From: the human T2T-CHM13v2.0 reference genome, Homo sapiens
NCBI RefSeq assembly: GCF_009914755.1
Contig: NC_060927.1
DNA: 64,000 bases
Strand: one strand, 5' to 3'
Shown here: piece by piece, positions 1-18,383 of the stretch
Layout of the letters: every line of letters begins with the position of its first letter
Numbering within the stretch: the stretch's first letter is position 1
Program-made: the position numbers and the translations under genes
Notes under the pieces: model-generated
Seen by the model: only the letters and a program-made list of their open reading frames with translations
Told to the model about the DNA's origin: nothing
The model's database searches: none

Positions 1-262
1 GTTGCCTAGGCTGGAGTGCAGTGGCATGATCTTAGCACACTGCAGCCTGCAACTCCTGGGCTCAAGTGATCCTCCCACCTCAGCTTCCTGAGTAACTGGA
101 ATCACAGATATGTGTCAGCACACCCAACTAATTTTTTTATTTTTTTGTAGAAACAGGGTCTTGCTATGTTGCTCAGGCTGGTCTCAAACTCCTGGCCTCA
201 AATGAGACTCCTGCCTTGGCCTCCCAAAACACTGGGATTACAGGCATGAGTCATTGCACCAG
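1..262 (-). mobile_element. Old Alu (AluJ-like), cut by the window edge
   Basis: Diverged antisense Alu body. Confidence 0.85.
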
Positions 263-275
263 GTCTTAACTTTTT

Positions 276-586
<311 letters not shown>

Positions 587-667
587 AACTTTTTAAATCT
601 ACTCTGAATTATTCCCACCTATCTTCCAAGTTTTTGTTTATAGATGTCCATCACATGTTGATTATAA

Positions 668-1578
<911 letters not shown>

Positions 1579-1932
1579 CTTAGCTACATTTTATGTACTA
1601 TTTAGCCCATAAATTGTTTCTAGTTTTAATCATCACATATTCTGTATTTTAGAAGTTATACATTTTTTTCTAATCTTCCTTATCCCTTTTGATAATCTCT
1701 TATACCTACATCATAGTTTCCATAACCTTCTAATTTTTTTAGAACTATTGAGCATACTTATTTAATATTCCACACTGGCCATTCCAAGGCCTATACTGGA
1801 GGTTATTCTCTGCAGTTTGTTATCTCTGCTCATTCTTGCTTATCATGGCTTATTTCTTTGTGTGTTCTATAGTTTGGGATTACGAAATGAGGGTCCTTGA
1901 AATTTTGTATGTGTAAATCCCTTGAAACCTAG

Positions 1933-2379
1933 TGTAGTAGCTTCCTAGGGCTGCCATAGCAAATTAAACTGGAGGGCTTAAACAACAGAAATTTATTCTC
2001 CCACAGTTCAGGAGGCAAAAAGTCTGAAATCAAAATGCCAGCAAGGCTATGCTTCCTCTGACGGCTCTCTGGAGAATCCATCCTTGCCTCTTCCAGGTTC
2101 TGTGGCTCGTAGCATTCTTTGGTTTGTGGCAGCATGATGCTAATTTCTCTGTCCGTCTTCACATGGCCTTCTTTCACAGAGAGGACTCTCTGTGTCCTCC
2201 TTTCCTCTTCTTGTAAGGATGAGGATATCAGTCATAAGGGCCCACTTTAAATCCGGGATGATTCATCTTGAGATCCTTAATTAATTACATCTGCTAAGAA
2301 CCTAGTTCCAAATTAGGTCACATTCTGACGGTGCTGGGTAGACATGCATTTTAAGGAGACACTCTTCAACCCACTACAA
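1933..2379 (-). mobile_element. MLT1-family MaLR LTR
   Basis: AGGGCTGCCATAGCAAA..AAACAACAGAAATTTATTCTCCCACAGTTC..CAACCCACTACA is typical MLT1 sequence. Confidence 0.8.
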
Positions 2380-2517
2380 TGAGGATTAGAATATCTGTGG
2401 CCAATGAAAATTTGTTTTTGCTTTTGGAAATTGGAGGAACTACCAACCTGGAACTGTTTTAACCTAACATTTTGGCTTGGGGTTTTTTTGCTGTTATTTT
2501 TTGTTTTTTGGGGTTTC

Positions 2518-3289
<772 letters not shown>

Positions 3290-3519
3290 TAGATTCTTAA
3301 TCAAAATGCTAATCTATGAAGGACCTCATTTTGTTTTAACTATCCCAACTCTAACCTCACACCTTGCTTGGGATCTAAGCTGTCTCCTGTTCAAAGAAAA
3401 GAAAAGTTTGATTTTAATGCTGAATAACCGTTCTGGTTTCTGATTTTCTTATAGTGTCTTTGCCTCAGAGATTTTCTTCATTTTCCCACCAGCTCAGTCA
3501 TGCATATCAAAAGAAGTTT

Positions 3520-4800
<1,281 letters not shown>

Positions 4801-5200
4801 AAGAGATTTCCTTTCACCCCTGTCCTCCATCTGCTCTGGGCTTCTTACTGTATAACATAAAAATGTCTTCATTATTCAAATCCTGCTAATTAAAGTGTTG
4901 GACCAGCAGCAGCAGCAGGATCTAACAGGTTACTACAGCTTGTCAGAAGTGCAGAATATCAGGTTATGCCCAGATATACTACATTCATACCTGCAATTTT
5001 ATGAGATCCTCAGATAATTCATCCACACCATAAAGTTAGAAAGCCCTAGTTTAAGCCATTGTTATTCAAGTATTCTCTTCCGTGCAGTTGAAAACATTCT
5101 AACTAATATAGACATAGCCAAAAATATCTTTCCCACCCAAGTTATTCATTGACTACTACCTCATATATGTCAGTTTACAGCCTTCTCTTTGCTCAAGCAA

Positions 5201-5204
<4 letters not shown>

Positions 5205-5246
<42 letters not shown>
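5205..5246. repeat. (AC)~21 microsatellite
   Basis: Perfect dinucleotide run. Confidence 0.95.
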
Positions 5247-5248
<2 letters not shown>

Positions 5249-5265
5249 CCTGGGAAGTATGTTTA

Positions 5266-5900
<635 letters not shown>

Positions 5901-6536
5901 GCAAAACCATAGACAGTGGAGCCAGAATACCTGAGTGAAAAACCAAAAATAAAAATTGAGTTTTTAATAGAGCAGTTTCAGGTTCACATCAAAATTGAGT
6001 AGAAAGGAGAGTTTTCATATGGTCTTTGCCCCCACTCATGCACATATATTTTTCCATATACTATATTCTCCACTGTTTAGTTCATTTTGTGCTGCTACAA
6101 CAGAATACCACAGACTGAGTTATTTATTTATTTATTTATTCATTCATTCATTCATTTATTCATTTAGAGACAGGGTCTTGCTCTGTTGCCCTGGCTGGAG
6201 TAAAGTGGTGCAATCATAGTCCACTGCAGCCTTGACCTTCCGGACTCAAGCAGTCCTCTCACCTGAGCCTCCCAAGTAGCTGAGAGACCACAGGCACAAG
6301 CCACCACATCCAGCTAATTTATTTTTATTTTTTTAGAGATACAGCCTTCCTGTGTTGCTCAGTCTGGTCTCAAACTCCTGGGCTCAAGTGATCCTCCTGT
6401 CTCAGCCTCCCAAAGTGCTAGGATTACATCCTCCCACCTCAGCCTCCTAATGTTCAGGAATTAACACATGTGAGCCACTACATCCAGCCCATTTTCAAAT
6501 AACACTGTATCATTTCGCTGGTAATGCAAATGTCTT

Positions 6537-8062
<1,526 letters not shown>

Positions 8063-8718
8063 GCAAATGTCTTATAATAACAAAATATTCCTAATACTTC
8101 CCTCCCATCCCTTGTGTTATTACTGTCATTCCTTCCACTTATACATAAGCTTTAATCATCAAATACATTGTTATTATTTTGAACAAACCTTTTGTTATAT
8201 CAATTAAGAATTTTTAAAAATATGTGTTGTATTTTATCTTCACTTATTCATTCTCTTAAGCTCTTCCTTTCTTTATGTAGATCCGAGGTTTGGACCTACA
8301 TCATTTTCCTTCTCTCTGAAGAATTTCTTTTCACGATTCCTGCAAAGCAATTATACTGGCAACAAATTCCCTCAATTTTTGTTTGTCTAAGAAATTCTTT
8401 ATTTCTCCTTCACTTTTGAAGGATAATTTATCAGGATACAGAGTTCTAGACTCGTGTTTTTTTTTTCTTCAACACTTCATGTATTTCCTTACTCTGTTCT
8501 CGCTTGCATGATTTCTGAGGAGAAGTCAGATGTAATTCTCATCTTTACTCCTTTACAGTTAAGATTTTATTTTCTGACTTCTTTCAAGTTTTTTTCTTTA
8601 CCTTTGATTTTATGCAGTTTAAATATGATATGCCTAGGTATAGTCTCTTTCTTTCTTTTTCTCTTTCACACTTACATTGCTTAGTTTTCTGAGCTTCTTG
8701 GATCTGTGGCTTAGGGTC

Positions 8719-9444
8719 TGCTATGGTTTGAATATGGTTTGTTTGTCCCTGCCAAAACTCGTGTTGAAATTTAATCTTCAATGTGGTGGTGTGGGGAGAT
8801 GGGACCTCCTGGGAGGTGTTTGGGTCAAGGTGGCAGATCCCTCATGAATTGCTTGGTGCTGTTCTTGTGGGTGTAAGTGAGTGCTCACTCTGGCGAGACT
8901 AAATTCATTTTTGAGAAAATGGATTTGTTCCCTCAAAAGTGGGTTATTATAAAGCCAGAATGCCCCTTGGGTTTTCTCTCTGGATGTGTCTACTTCCCCT
9001 TTTACTTTCTCCGCCATGTTATGACACAGTGCAAAAGCCTTTGCCAGAAGCCACACACCCTTAACTTCCTAGCTTACAGAACATTAAGCTAAGTAGGCTG
9101 AGCACAGTGGCTCACGCCTGTAATCCCAGCACTTTGGGAGGCTGAGGCGGATGGCTCACTTAAAGTCAGAGTTCGAGTCCAGCCTGGGCAAGATGGTGAA
9201 ACCCAGTCTCTATTAAAAATACAAAAATTAGCCAGGCGTGGAAGTATGCTCCTCAGGAGACTGAGGCACAAGAATCACTTTAACCGAGCAGGTAGAGGTT
9301 GCAGTGAGCCAAGATCGTGCCTGCACTCCAGCCTGGGCAACAATGTGAGATTCTGTCTCAAAAAAAAAAAAAATTGAGCTAAGTAAATCTCTTTTTAAAA
9401 TAAATTATCCAGTCTGTTATATCAACACAAAATAAACTAAGACA
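8719..9444 (+). mobile_element. MST (MSTB-like) MaLR solo LTR with internal Alu (~9096-9373)
   Basis: Termini TGCTATGGTTTGAATATGG ... AACTAAGACA. Confidence 0.8.
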
Positions 9445-9639
9445 ATGTCTGACATTAACTTGAAGAAATTCTGAGTCATTATTGCTTCAAATATTTCTTC
9501 TGTTTCTTTCTTCTCCTTCTGGTATTCTCATTACACATAAATTACATATACCTTTGTAGTTACCCCACACTTTTTGGATATTCTGTTCCATTTCTTTTTC
9601 AGCCTGGTTCCTCCCTTTTGCTCTATTGCTTCTTCTCTG

Positions 9640-10145
<506 letters not shown>

Positions 10146-10192
10146 AAGCCCTTAGATTATAAATCATAGTTGTTTTAAATTTCCAGTCTGAT

Positions 10193-11328
<1,136 letters not shown>

Positions 11329-13790
11329 AAATTTCCAGTCTGATAATTCCAACATCTGTGGCATATCTGAGTCTAGTTCTAGTGTTTGCATTGTCTCTTC
11401 AAACTGTATTTTTAGTCTTCTAGTATGCCATGCAATTTTTTGTTACATGCTGTATACAATGTAATAGAGAAAATAAACTATGGTAAATAGGCTTTTAGTG
11501 ATATGGTGGTAAGGTGTCGGGAGGGGAAGCATTCTATAGTCCTATGATTAGGTCGCTGATTTTAATGAGCCTATGCCCCTTGGCTAGAAACTTCACAAGT
11601 GCTTCCAGTCCCCCTCTACGTAGGTGGGACAGGATGGTTAAAGGGAGCTGAAGTTGGGTATTTCCCTTCCCCAGTTCACTTAAGCTCCGATAAACCCCAA
11701 TAGGATGATAAAAAATAGTTTCTCTTGAGGGCAGGAAGAAGACCTGATGTATTTAAAAATGATTACGTTTTCCTCCCCTTGCCAGAGCAGTAGGGGATTT
11801 TCCTCTAGTGTTCACTGTGAGAACCTGGCAGAGCTCCTGGAGGTAAACTCACAGAAGTGTGGGTCCTGTAAGACTGAGCCCCACCAACCACCAGGATTTT
11901 TAACTTTCTGACTTTTCCACACTAAGCCTTCAGCAATTTGTGAATTATAGTTTAGGTTTTCCTACCCCAGCACTGGTTCCTGCAGAGGTTTCTGCTTGGG
12001 TTAAGTTGCACTTAATTCTCTGTATTTCCCTGGCTTTTCAAATTCTGGGACAATGGTTTGCCCTGTGATGTTACTTCTCTGATGGACCTAAAAATAATTG
12101 TTAAATTTCAGTTCGTGCAACTTTTCACTTGTTGTTTGACAGACTGGAAACCAGAAGTCGTATCTGCTTTTTCTTTTTAGCTGAGCAAATTAGCTAACTC
12201 TTCTGTGTCTTAATCTCCTTATCAATAAATGACATAATAGCATCTACCCCTTAGATTATATGAGTTAACACATGTAAAGTTCTTAGAATGGAACTAGCAT
12301 TTAGTAAGACATAATGAATGTTAATAATGACTACTACTATTAGTGCATTTGTGATGTAACTTCAAAATAGGAATATATGTATATATATATATACACAGAT
12401 ATAATAAATATTTTATAATATCAATAAATATATATTACTCCTTAATCGCTGCTTTATTAGATCAATGTTTGCTGGATAGGGCTCCAGATTGGGCCAAGTT
12501 AGGATGAATAGCTAACAACTAGTAGTTGACAATGAATGCTTTATGGTAACCATTAATTTCACATAGAATTGCTGCACTTAATTCTCACAAGAAATATATA
12601 AATGCTATTATTATCCTCATTTGATACATGAGGACATGAAGCTTAGGAAGAGAAAGTAACTTGCCCAGAAGTGTGCAGCTAGTAAGGAATGGAGCTAATA
12701 TTTGACCCTAAGAAATTTTACTACAGAACGTGAGCTCATATTTTTCTGCCTTCTAATTTATTATTTTTTAAAAGCTGTATAATATTCTACAATGGTATAA
12801 ATGGTCAGCTGATTTACAACAAATACTAATAATATTCACTGAGAGAAAGATGATCTTTTTAACAAATGGGTTAATTAAATATCCATAGAAAAACATAAAT
12901 CCTGTCCTCTGCCTTTATACCTTACAGGTAAAAATAATCCACGATCGGTTGTAGATCTACCTGTGAAAAATCAAATAATATAGAGTCTAGAACTATGCTT
13001 TCCAACATGGCAGCCATTAGCCCCATGTTACTATTTAAATTAAATAAAATTAAAAATCATTTCCTTAGTTGTACCAGCCACATTTCAAGTGCTCCACAGC
13101 CACATGGGGTTGTTGGACTACCATATTGGATGGAAAAGATATTGAACATTACCATTATCACAGAAACTTCTATCTTTTATTTATTATTTTTATTTTTGTA
13201 GACATAGGGTCTCACTTTGTTGCCCAGGCTAGTCTTGAACTTCTGGCCTCAAGTGATTCTCCCATCTCCTGTCCCAAAGTACTAGGATTACAGGTGTGAA
13301 CCACCATGCCCAGCCCAGACAGCTCTATTGTAAAAGAAGATAAAAGAATTTCTTGAGACCAAGAGGTAGGCAAAGATTTCTTAGACAAAACACCAAACCT
13401 ACTAACCCTGAGAGAAAAGACTGATAAGCTGAATTTCAAAAAAAAAAAAGAAACTGGATCCTTCCAACAATCATGTGAGTGAAACCAGGAGCAGATCTTT
13501 CCCCAGCTGAGCCTTCAGATGAGACCACAGACCTGGGCCAACAATTGATTATAGCCTTGTGAGAGACTGTGAAGCAGAGGGCTCAACTAAGCTATCCCTA
13601 GATTCCTGACTGACAGAAACTATGAGATTATGCATATTATCTTAAGCCACTAAATGTTGGGGTCATTTTTTTTGCAACAATAGATCAGTAATATAAGAGG
13701 TGAGGGAAAGAGGATGGTTTCCACCTAATTTCTGGCTTGAGCAACTAGGTAACTAGAGGTGTCAAGATTCTAGGAGAAAAAATAGATTTC

Positions 13791-13920
13791 AGAGCTTCCA
13801 AATTATTAAATATTCCCACATCCAGAACTTTTAATACAGTGGATTCTCAACGAATTAAAATAAAATGCTAATATGACAATGATTTAGAATATAATTGAAT
13901 TTTAGATGATTTATAAAGCA
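13791..13920 (+). repeat. Local direct repeat copy A1 (paralog 16319-16448)
   Basis: Ungapped manual alignment, 116/130 identical. Confidence 0.9.
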
Positions 13921-14023
13921 TTAAAATTAAGCATTTTTTTTCTATCAGACATCTAAGTGAGACATTGGGTAAGCCATGGGTAAGGGAGTCTAGAAGCCTT
14001 TTCTATAACATTAGAGGATGTAG

Positions 14024-14106
14024 CTCATTCTGTCTTGTCACCACCAGGTAAGAAGTGCCTTTCACCCTCTGCCATGATTCTGAGGCCTCCCCAGCCATGT
14101 GGAACT
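14024..14106 (+). mobile_element. THE1 (ERVL-MaLR) LTR internal fragment, from about the start site to the splice donor
   Basis: CTCATTC..GTAAGAAGTGCCTTTC..GCCATGATTCTGAGGCCTCCCCAGCCATGTGGAACT matches the THE1 LTR consensus as I recall it. It stops exactly where GTRAGT would follow. Confidence 0.88.
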
Positions 14107-15711
14107 ACATGTGCATTGCCATTGTGATTTCTCTTCTCATGATCCTGATATGTGCTATTGGCTACTTACAGAGCATACAAGCAACACATAGCCTAGATCC
14201 TCCCATTCTTCTGTTACCAGATCTTTAATTTTGCCCTGAATACCTTGGTTGCAATCACTGTGCTTGTTTATCCAAACGGCATTCAGGAATACATACGACA
14301 ACTGCCTCCGAATTTTCCCTACAGAGATGATGTCATGTCAGTGAATCCTACCTGTTTGGTCCTTATTATTCTTCTGTTTATTAGCATTATCTTGACTTTT
14401 AAGGGTTACTTGATTAGCTGTTTTGGAACTGCTATCAATGCCAGGAACTCCTCTGATGTCCTGACTTACATTACCAGCAATGACACTGCCCCTGTATGAT
14501 GATACCACTGTGAATGGTGCTGCCAAGGAGCCACCACCACCTTCCATGTCTGCCTAAGCCTTCAAGTGGGCAGAGCTGAGGGCAGCAGCTTGACTTTTAG
14601 GACATCTGCGAAATAGTTCTGTTATTTCACTTCTGCAATGAGCTCTCTGAGCTTGTTTGTTGCTGAAATGCTACTTTTAAAAGTTTAGATGTTAGGTTGA
14701 AGCCTGTAGTTTTTAACGTATGCTTTGCTAGAACACTGTGATAGATTAGCTATAGAATTCTTTCTGTAGGATTGGGGGTGTAACGGGCTTCACTAACCTT
14801 CCCTAGGCACTGAAACTTCCCCCAAATCTGATGGACCTAGAGTCAGAGAAGTCCACTTTTGTACCTGCTGGGACCCAAAGTTGAGCAGTTAGTCACATTT
14901 TTTCTCTCTGTTCCCTCTCTTTTGAAAGTGTAAAATAAAATCAAAAATAGACAACTTTTTCTTAAGCCATTCCAGTGTAGAAAACAAAACCTTATGAAAA
15001 CAGGAATGTCAATTATGTAATCATTATTCTAATTAGTTAAATAGAAGTCCTTATGTATGTGTTACAAGAATTTCCCCCATAACATCCTTTATGATTTAAG
15101 TTCGATGACAGTTTGCGCTTGGTGGTAAAGGATTTTCTCCATGGCCTGAATTAAGACCATTAGAAAACACCAGGCCATGGGAGCAGTAACCATCTGATGA
15201 CTGTTCTTGTGCATCTGGTGTCCAGGGACATGGGCGACGTGCCTCATCTGTGTTAGAGGGTGGAACAGATGTGTTTGGCACTGCATGGGATCTGGTGTTC
15301 CTCTTCTCCTGGATTCACATCCCCACCCAAGGCCCTCTTAAGTGTTCTGCCCTAGCCTGGTTCAAGGAGGTCATCCAACTGACTTTATCAAGTGGAATTG
15401 GGATATATTTGATATACATTTGCCTAACAACACGGAAAAGGGTTTTCCTCCTTCTTTCCCTGCAAGGGACATCCTACTGCTTTGAACGTCCAAGTATGCC
15501 TAGTCATCTTTTAAAATGTAAACGTTTTCAGAGAAATGAGGTTTGCTTTCCTTGTATGTGCTTATTATCTTGACTACCTGAATTGCGAGGGATTTTTATA
15601 TATTCATATGTTCCAAAGTCAGCAACTCTCCTGTTGGTTCATTATTGAATGTGCTGTAAATGAAGTCTTTTGCAACTAAAATGAGATTTGACCACATCCA
15701 AAGAAAAAAAA
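14024..15711 (+). pseudogene. LAPTM4BP2: LAPTM4B processed pseudogene with a THE1-LTR-derived first exon; LAPTM4B sequence from 14107, stop 14555-14557, long 3'UTR, polyA
   Basis: IQEYIRQLPPNFPYRDDVMSVNPTCLVLIILLFISIILTFKGYLISC matches LAPTM4B. Intronless, with frameshifts and a stop. PolyA ~15700-15711. 14-bp TSD ATTAGAGGATGTAG at 14010-14023 and 15712-15725. Pseudogene number from memory. Confidence 0.93.
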
Positions 15712-15858
15712 ATTAGAGGATGTAGTTTTCCACCAATCAGAGCAATCCAAACAAATCCAAAAGTTGAGTTTGGACTCAGTGGAAGGAGGCAGATTAGGCT
15801 TTTTTTTTTGGCTTCAGTGAGGTTCAAGAAAACTGAGTCCTCTCTTTGGTCCATGATT

Positions 15859-15978
15859 CTTTGGTGTTTGAGGCTAAAACCCTGGCTACTAATCAAGTGT
15901 TACTTTGACTCACTCTGCCTTTGTTTATCCTTGTTGCATCTGTCCTCCTAGAGGTAGAAGGGAGGGGGCAAGACAGAG
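15859..15978 (+). repeat. Local direct repeat copy B1 (paralog ~17387-17513)
   Basis: CTTTGGTGTTT..CTACTAATCA.GTGTTACTTT.ACTC..TCCTTGTTG..GGCAAGACAGAG shared; more diverged and gapped. Confidence 0.8.
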
Positions 15979-16477
15979 TTGGGAATGCCTGCTTCTCTGG
16001 GCCACATGTCAACAGAGTGGTGGCCATTTCTAAACCTGAAAGATCTAAACATCATGCCTTAGCCTGGCCTAGTGTTTCTCAACAGGGTCCCACATTGGGC
16101 CAGGATAGTTTTCGTTGTTGGTATGTCCTGAGCATTGCAGGAGGTTTTGCATATGCTAGTAGAACCTGTCAGCCTTCCCACAATTCCAGATGCTTCCTGG
16201 TAGGATGGAACCTTCTCCCTCATCTTTGAGAACTAATGGATTCTTTGCGCTTACTCACCTACAACATGTCCCCCACACTGAACTTGCACCCTGCCATTTC
16301 CTAGATGTCTGCTTGGCAAGAGCTTCCAAATTACTAAATATTCTCATCTCTAGAACTTTTAATACAATGGGTTCTCAAGGAATTAAAATAAAATGCTAAT
16401 ATGAGAATAATTCAGAATATAACTAAATTTTAGATTATTTATAAAGCAACATGGAATCTTGTAGAAACTCAGGGACG

Positions 16478-16777
<300 letters not shown>

Positions 16778-18055
16778 AAACTCAGGGACGTTGTTATAAC
16801 TTAACTAGTGTTCTTTGTTCTGTGGTGTGCTGAAAAGAGAGTTAATGGAGTCCTGGCTGTCAGTTCACCGTGAGTCATAAGAGGATGTGTCCTAATGTTT
16901 CAGATTTGTAACTGGGGATCCCCTGGAAGAATCGTCTGGAAATTACGACCTTCATCTGGCGATTGCAGCTGTTAAAGTCTCCAAAGAAGCCATTCTTACA
17001 TTGTGTTGTGAAATTATTACTCTATCTCAAATCTGTGCCAGAAAGAAAATAAAATGTGTGTTTATGTGTATATTATAAGCTATGTTTTATTGAACTAATC
17101 ATTACAGAACTTTTATTGGGCACCGACTGTGAGCCAGGCACTGTGCTAGTTTCTTTGAAGGCATTATTTAATTTAATGCTCACAAAACGCCTCTGTAGTG
17201 AGCAGTATTGTCATTCCCATTTTGCACGTAAGGAAGTTAAGGCTTAAGAAAGTTGTGCAGCTTCCTCAGGATCACCAAGCCAGTTAAGCACAGTGTCAGA
17301 TTTCAAATCCAAACTTTGAAATTCATTCTCTAATTTCTTCAGACTACATGGATCGGTTCGGTCCAGTCTAGCTGTCCCAAGTTCTACTTTGGTGTTTTGA
17401 GTCTGAAACCCCAACTACTAATCACGTGTTACTTTTACTCGCTTTGCCTTATTTTGCATGTGTCCTTGTTGAATATGTCCTCCTCCAGGAAAAAGGGAGG
17501 TGGCAAGACAGAGGCGGCAATAGGGGTTTATTCAACAGATATTTATTGGGCACCACCACCCGCAGATCCCTGCACTGGGCAAACAGGACAGAGATGTTCC
17601 TGCCTGAAAGGATGTGTGGATAAGTGCACAAATGTGTGGATAGATGGATAAAATAAATAAGGAGGAAGCACATGGAATACATCAACAAATAAGTGAATCA
17701 TGGTATGAGAGAATCAGCGGGAACAGTGGATGGCATGGGTGTGTGAGTGAATGGGGAAGTAAACGAACGAACGAACGAATGAATGAATGAAGTGGTTTTG
17801 AGTCTGAGCTACCAGAAGCCCGAGAGCCTGGCTGCGGGCGGGCGGAGGGGCGGCTACTCCACACAGTACGGTAGGCGCAGGCTGCTCCTCCTGTAACCCA
17901 GCTCTCACCGCCTCCCCCTCCTCTCCTCTCTCTCCTCCTCCTTCGCCGTCGCCGCCGCCGCCGGCCGCCCGCCGGCCGCCACGACCCCAGTCCCCGGCGG
18001 GCGGGCGGAGGAGGCGACCGCCGCGCGCTGCTGCACTCATCCTGCCGCCGCCGCG

Positions 18056-18112
18056 ATGCGCAGAGGGGCCGAGCCGCCTGGGGGCCGCCGCCGCCGCCGC
18101 GCCGCACCATGA
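18056..18112 (+). other. Candidate uORF (18 aa, [18 protein letters not shown]) whose TGA overlaps the GXYLT2 ATG
   Basis: ATG at 18056, out of frame with the main ORF. Open to TGA at 18110-18112 within ATGA. Only meaningful if the TSS lies upstream of 18056. Confidence 0.55.
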
Positions 18113-18383
18113 AGCTCCGCAGCAAGGCGGCGGCGCTGCTCTTGCTCGCGCTGGCCGCGCTGCTGCTGGCGCTGCTGTCCCTGCGCGCTGGCCGCGCTGA
18201 GCCCCCAGCGCTGCCCGCGCGCCCCGCGTCCGCCCCGCAGCGCCACCCCGCGCCTGTCCCCGCGCGCTGGCCGGGGCCGGGCGCCCTCCCCGGGGCCAGC
18301 CCGGGAGTTCGGAGGCGCCGGCCCCCGCGTCCGCGCCCCCGAGCGGGCCGCCGGGGCGCTGCGAGACTGGAGAAGTTGGCGAG
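18109..18383 (+). CDS. GXYLT2: GXYLT2 coding exon 1 (cytoplasmic tail, signal anchor, Pro/Arg-rich stem)
   Basis: accATG at 18109. Encodes [25 protein letters not shown]... (type II membrane anchor). Donor GAG|GTGAGT after 18383. 275 nt, phase 2, joins exon 2 in frame. Confidence 0.96.

Noticed and set aside
15690-15700. LAPTM4B and FTH1 retrocopies both end in ACATCCA before the A tail
   Set aside because: A 7-mer shared by two events; treated as coincidence.
13813-16182. RBPJ-like TTCCCACA motifs (13813, 16175, also ~30272) suggesting Notch feedback
   Set aside because: About two copies of any 8-mer are expected by chance in 64 kb on both strands; they are not paired, and the motif is not kept in the duplicated copy.
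18310-18345. RRRR furin-like site in the GXYLT2 stem
   Set aside because: Followed by Pro, which disfavours cleavage; the Arg richness also follows from GC content.
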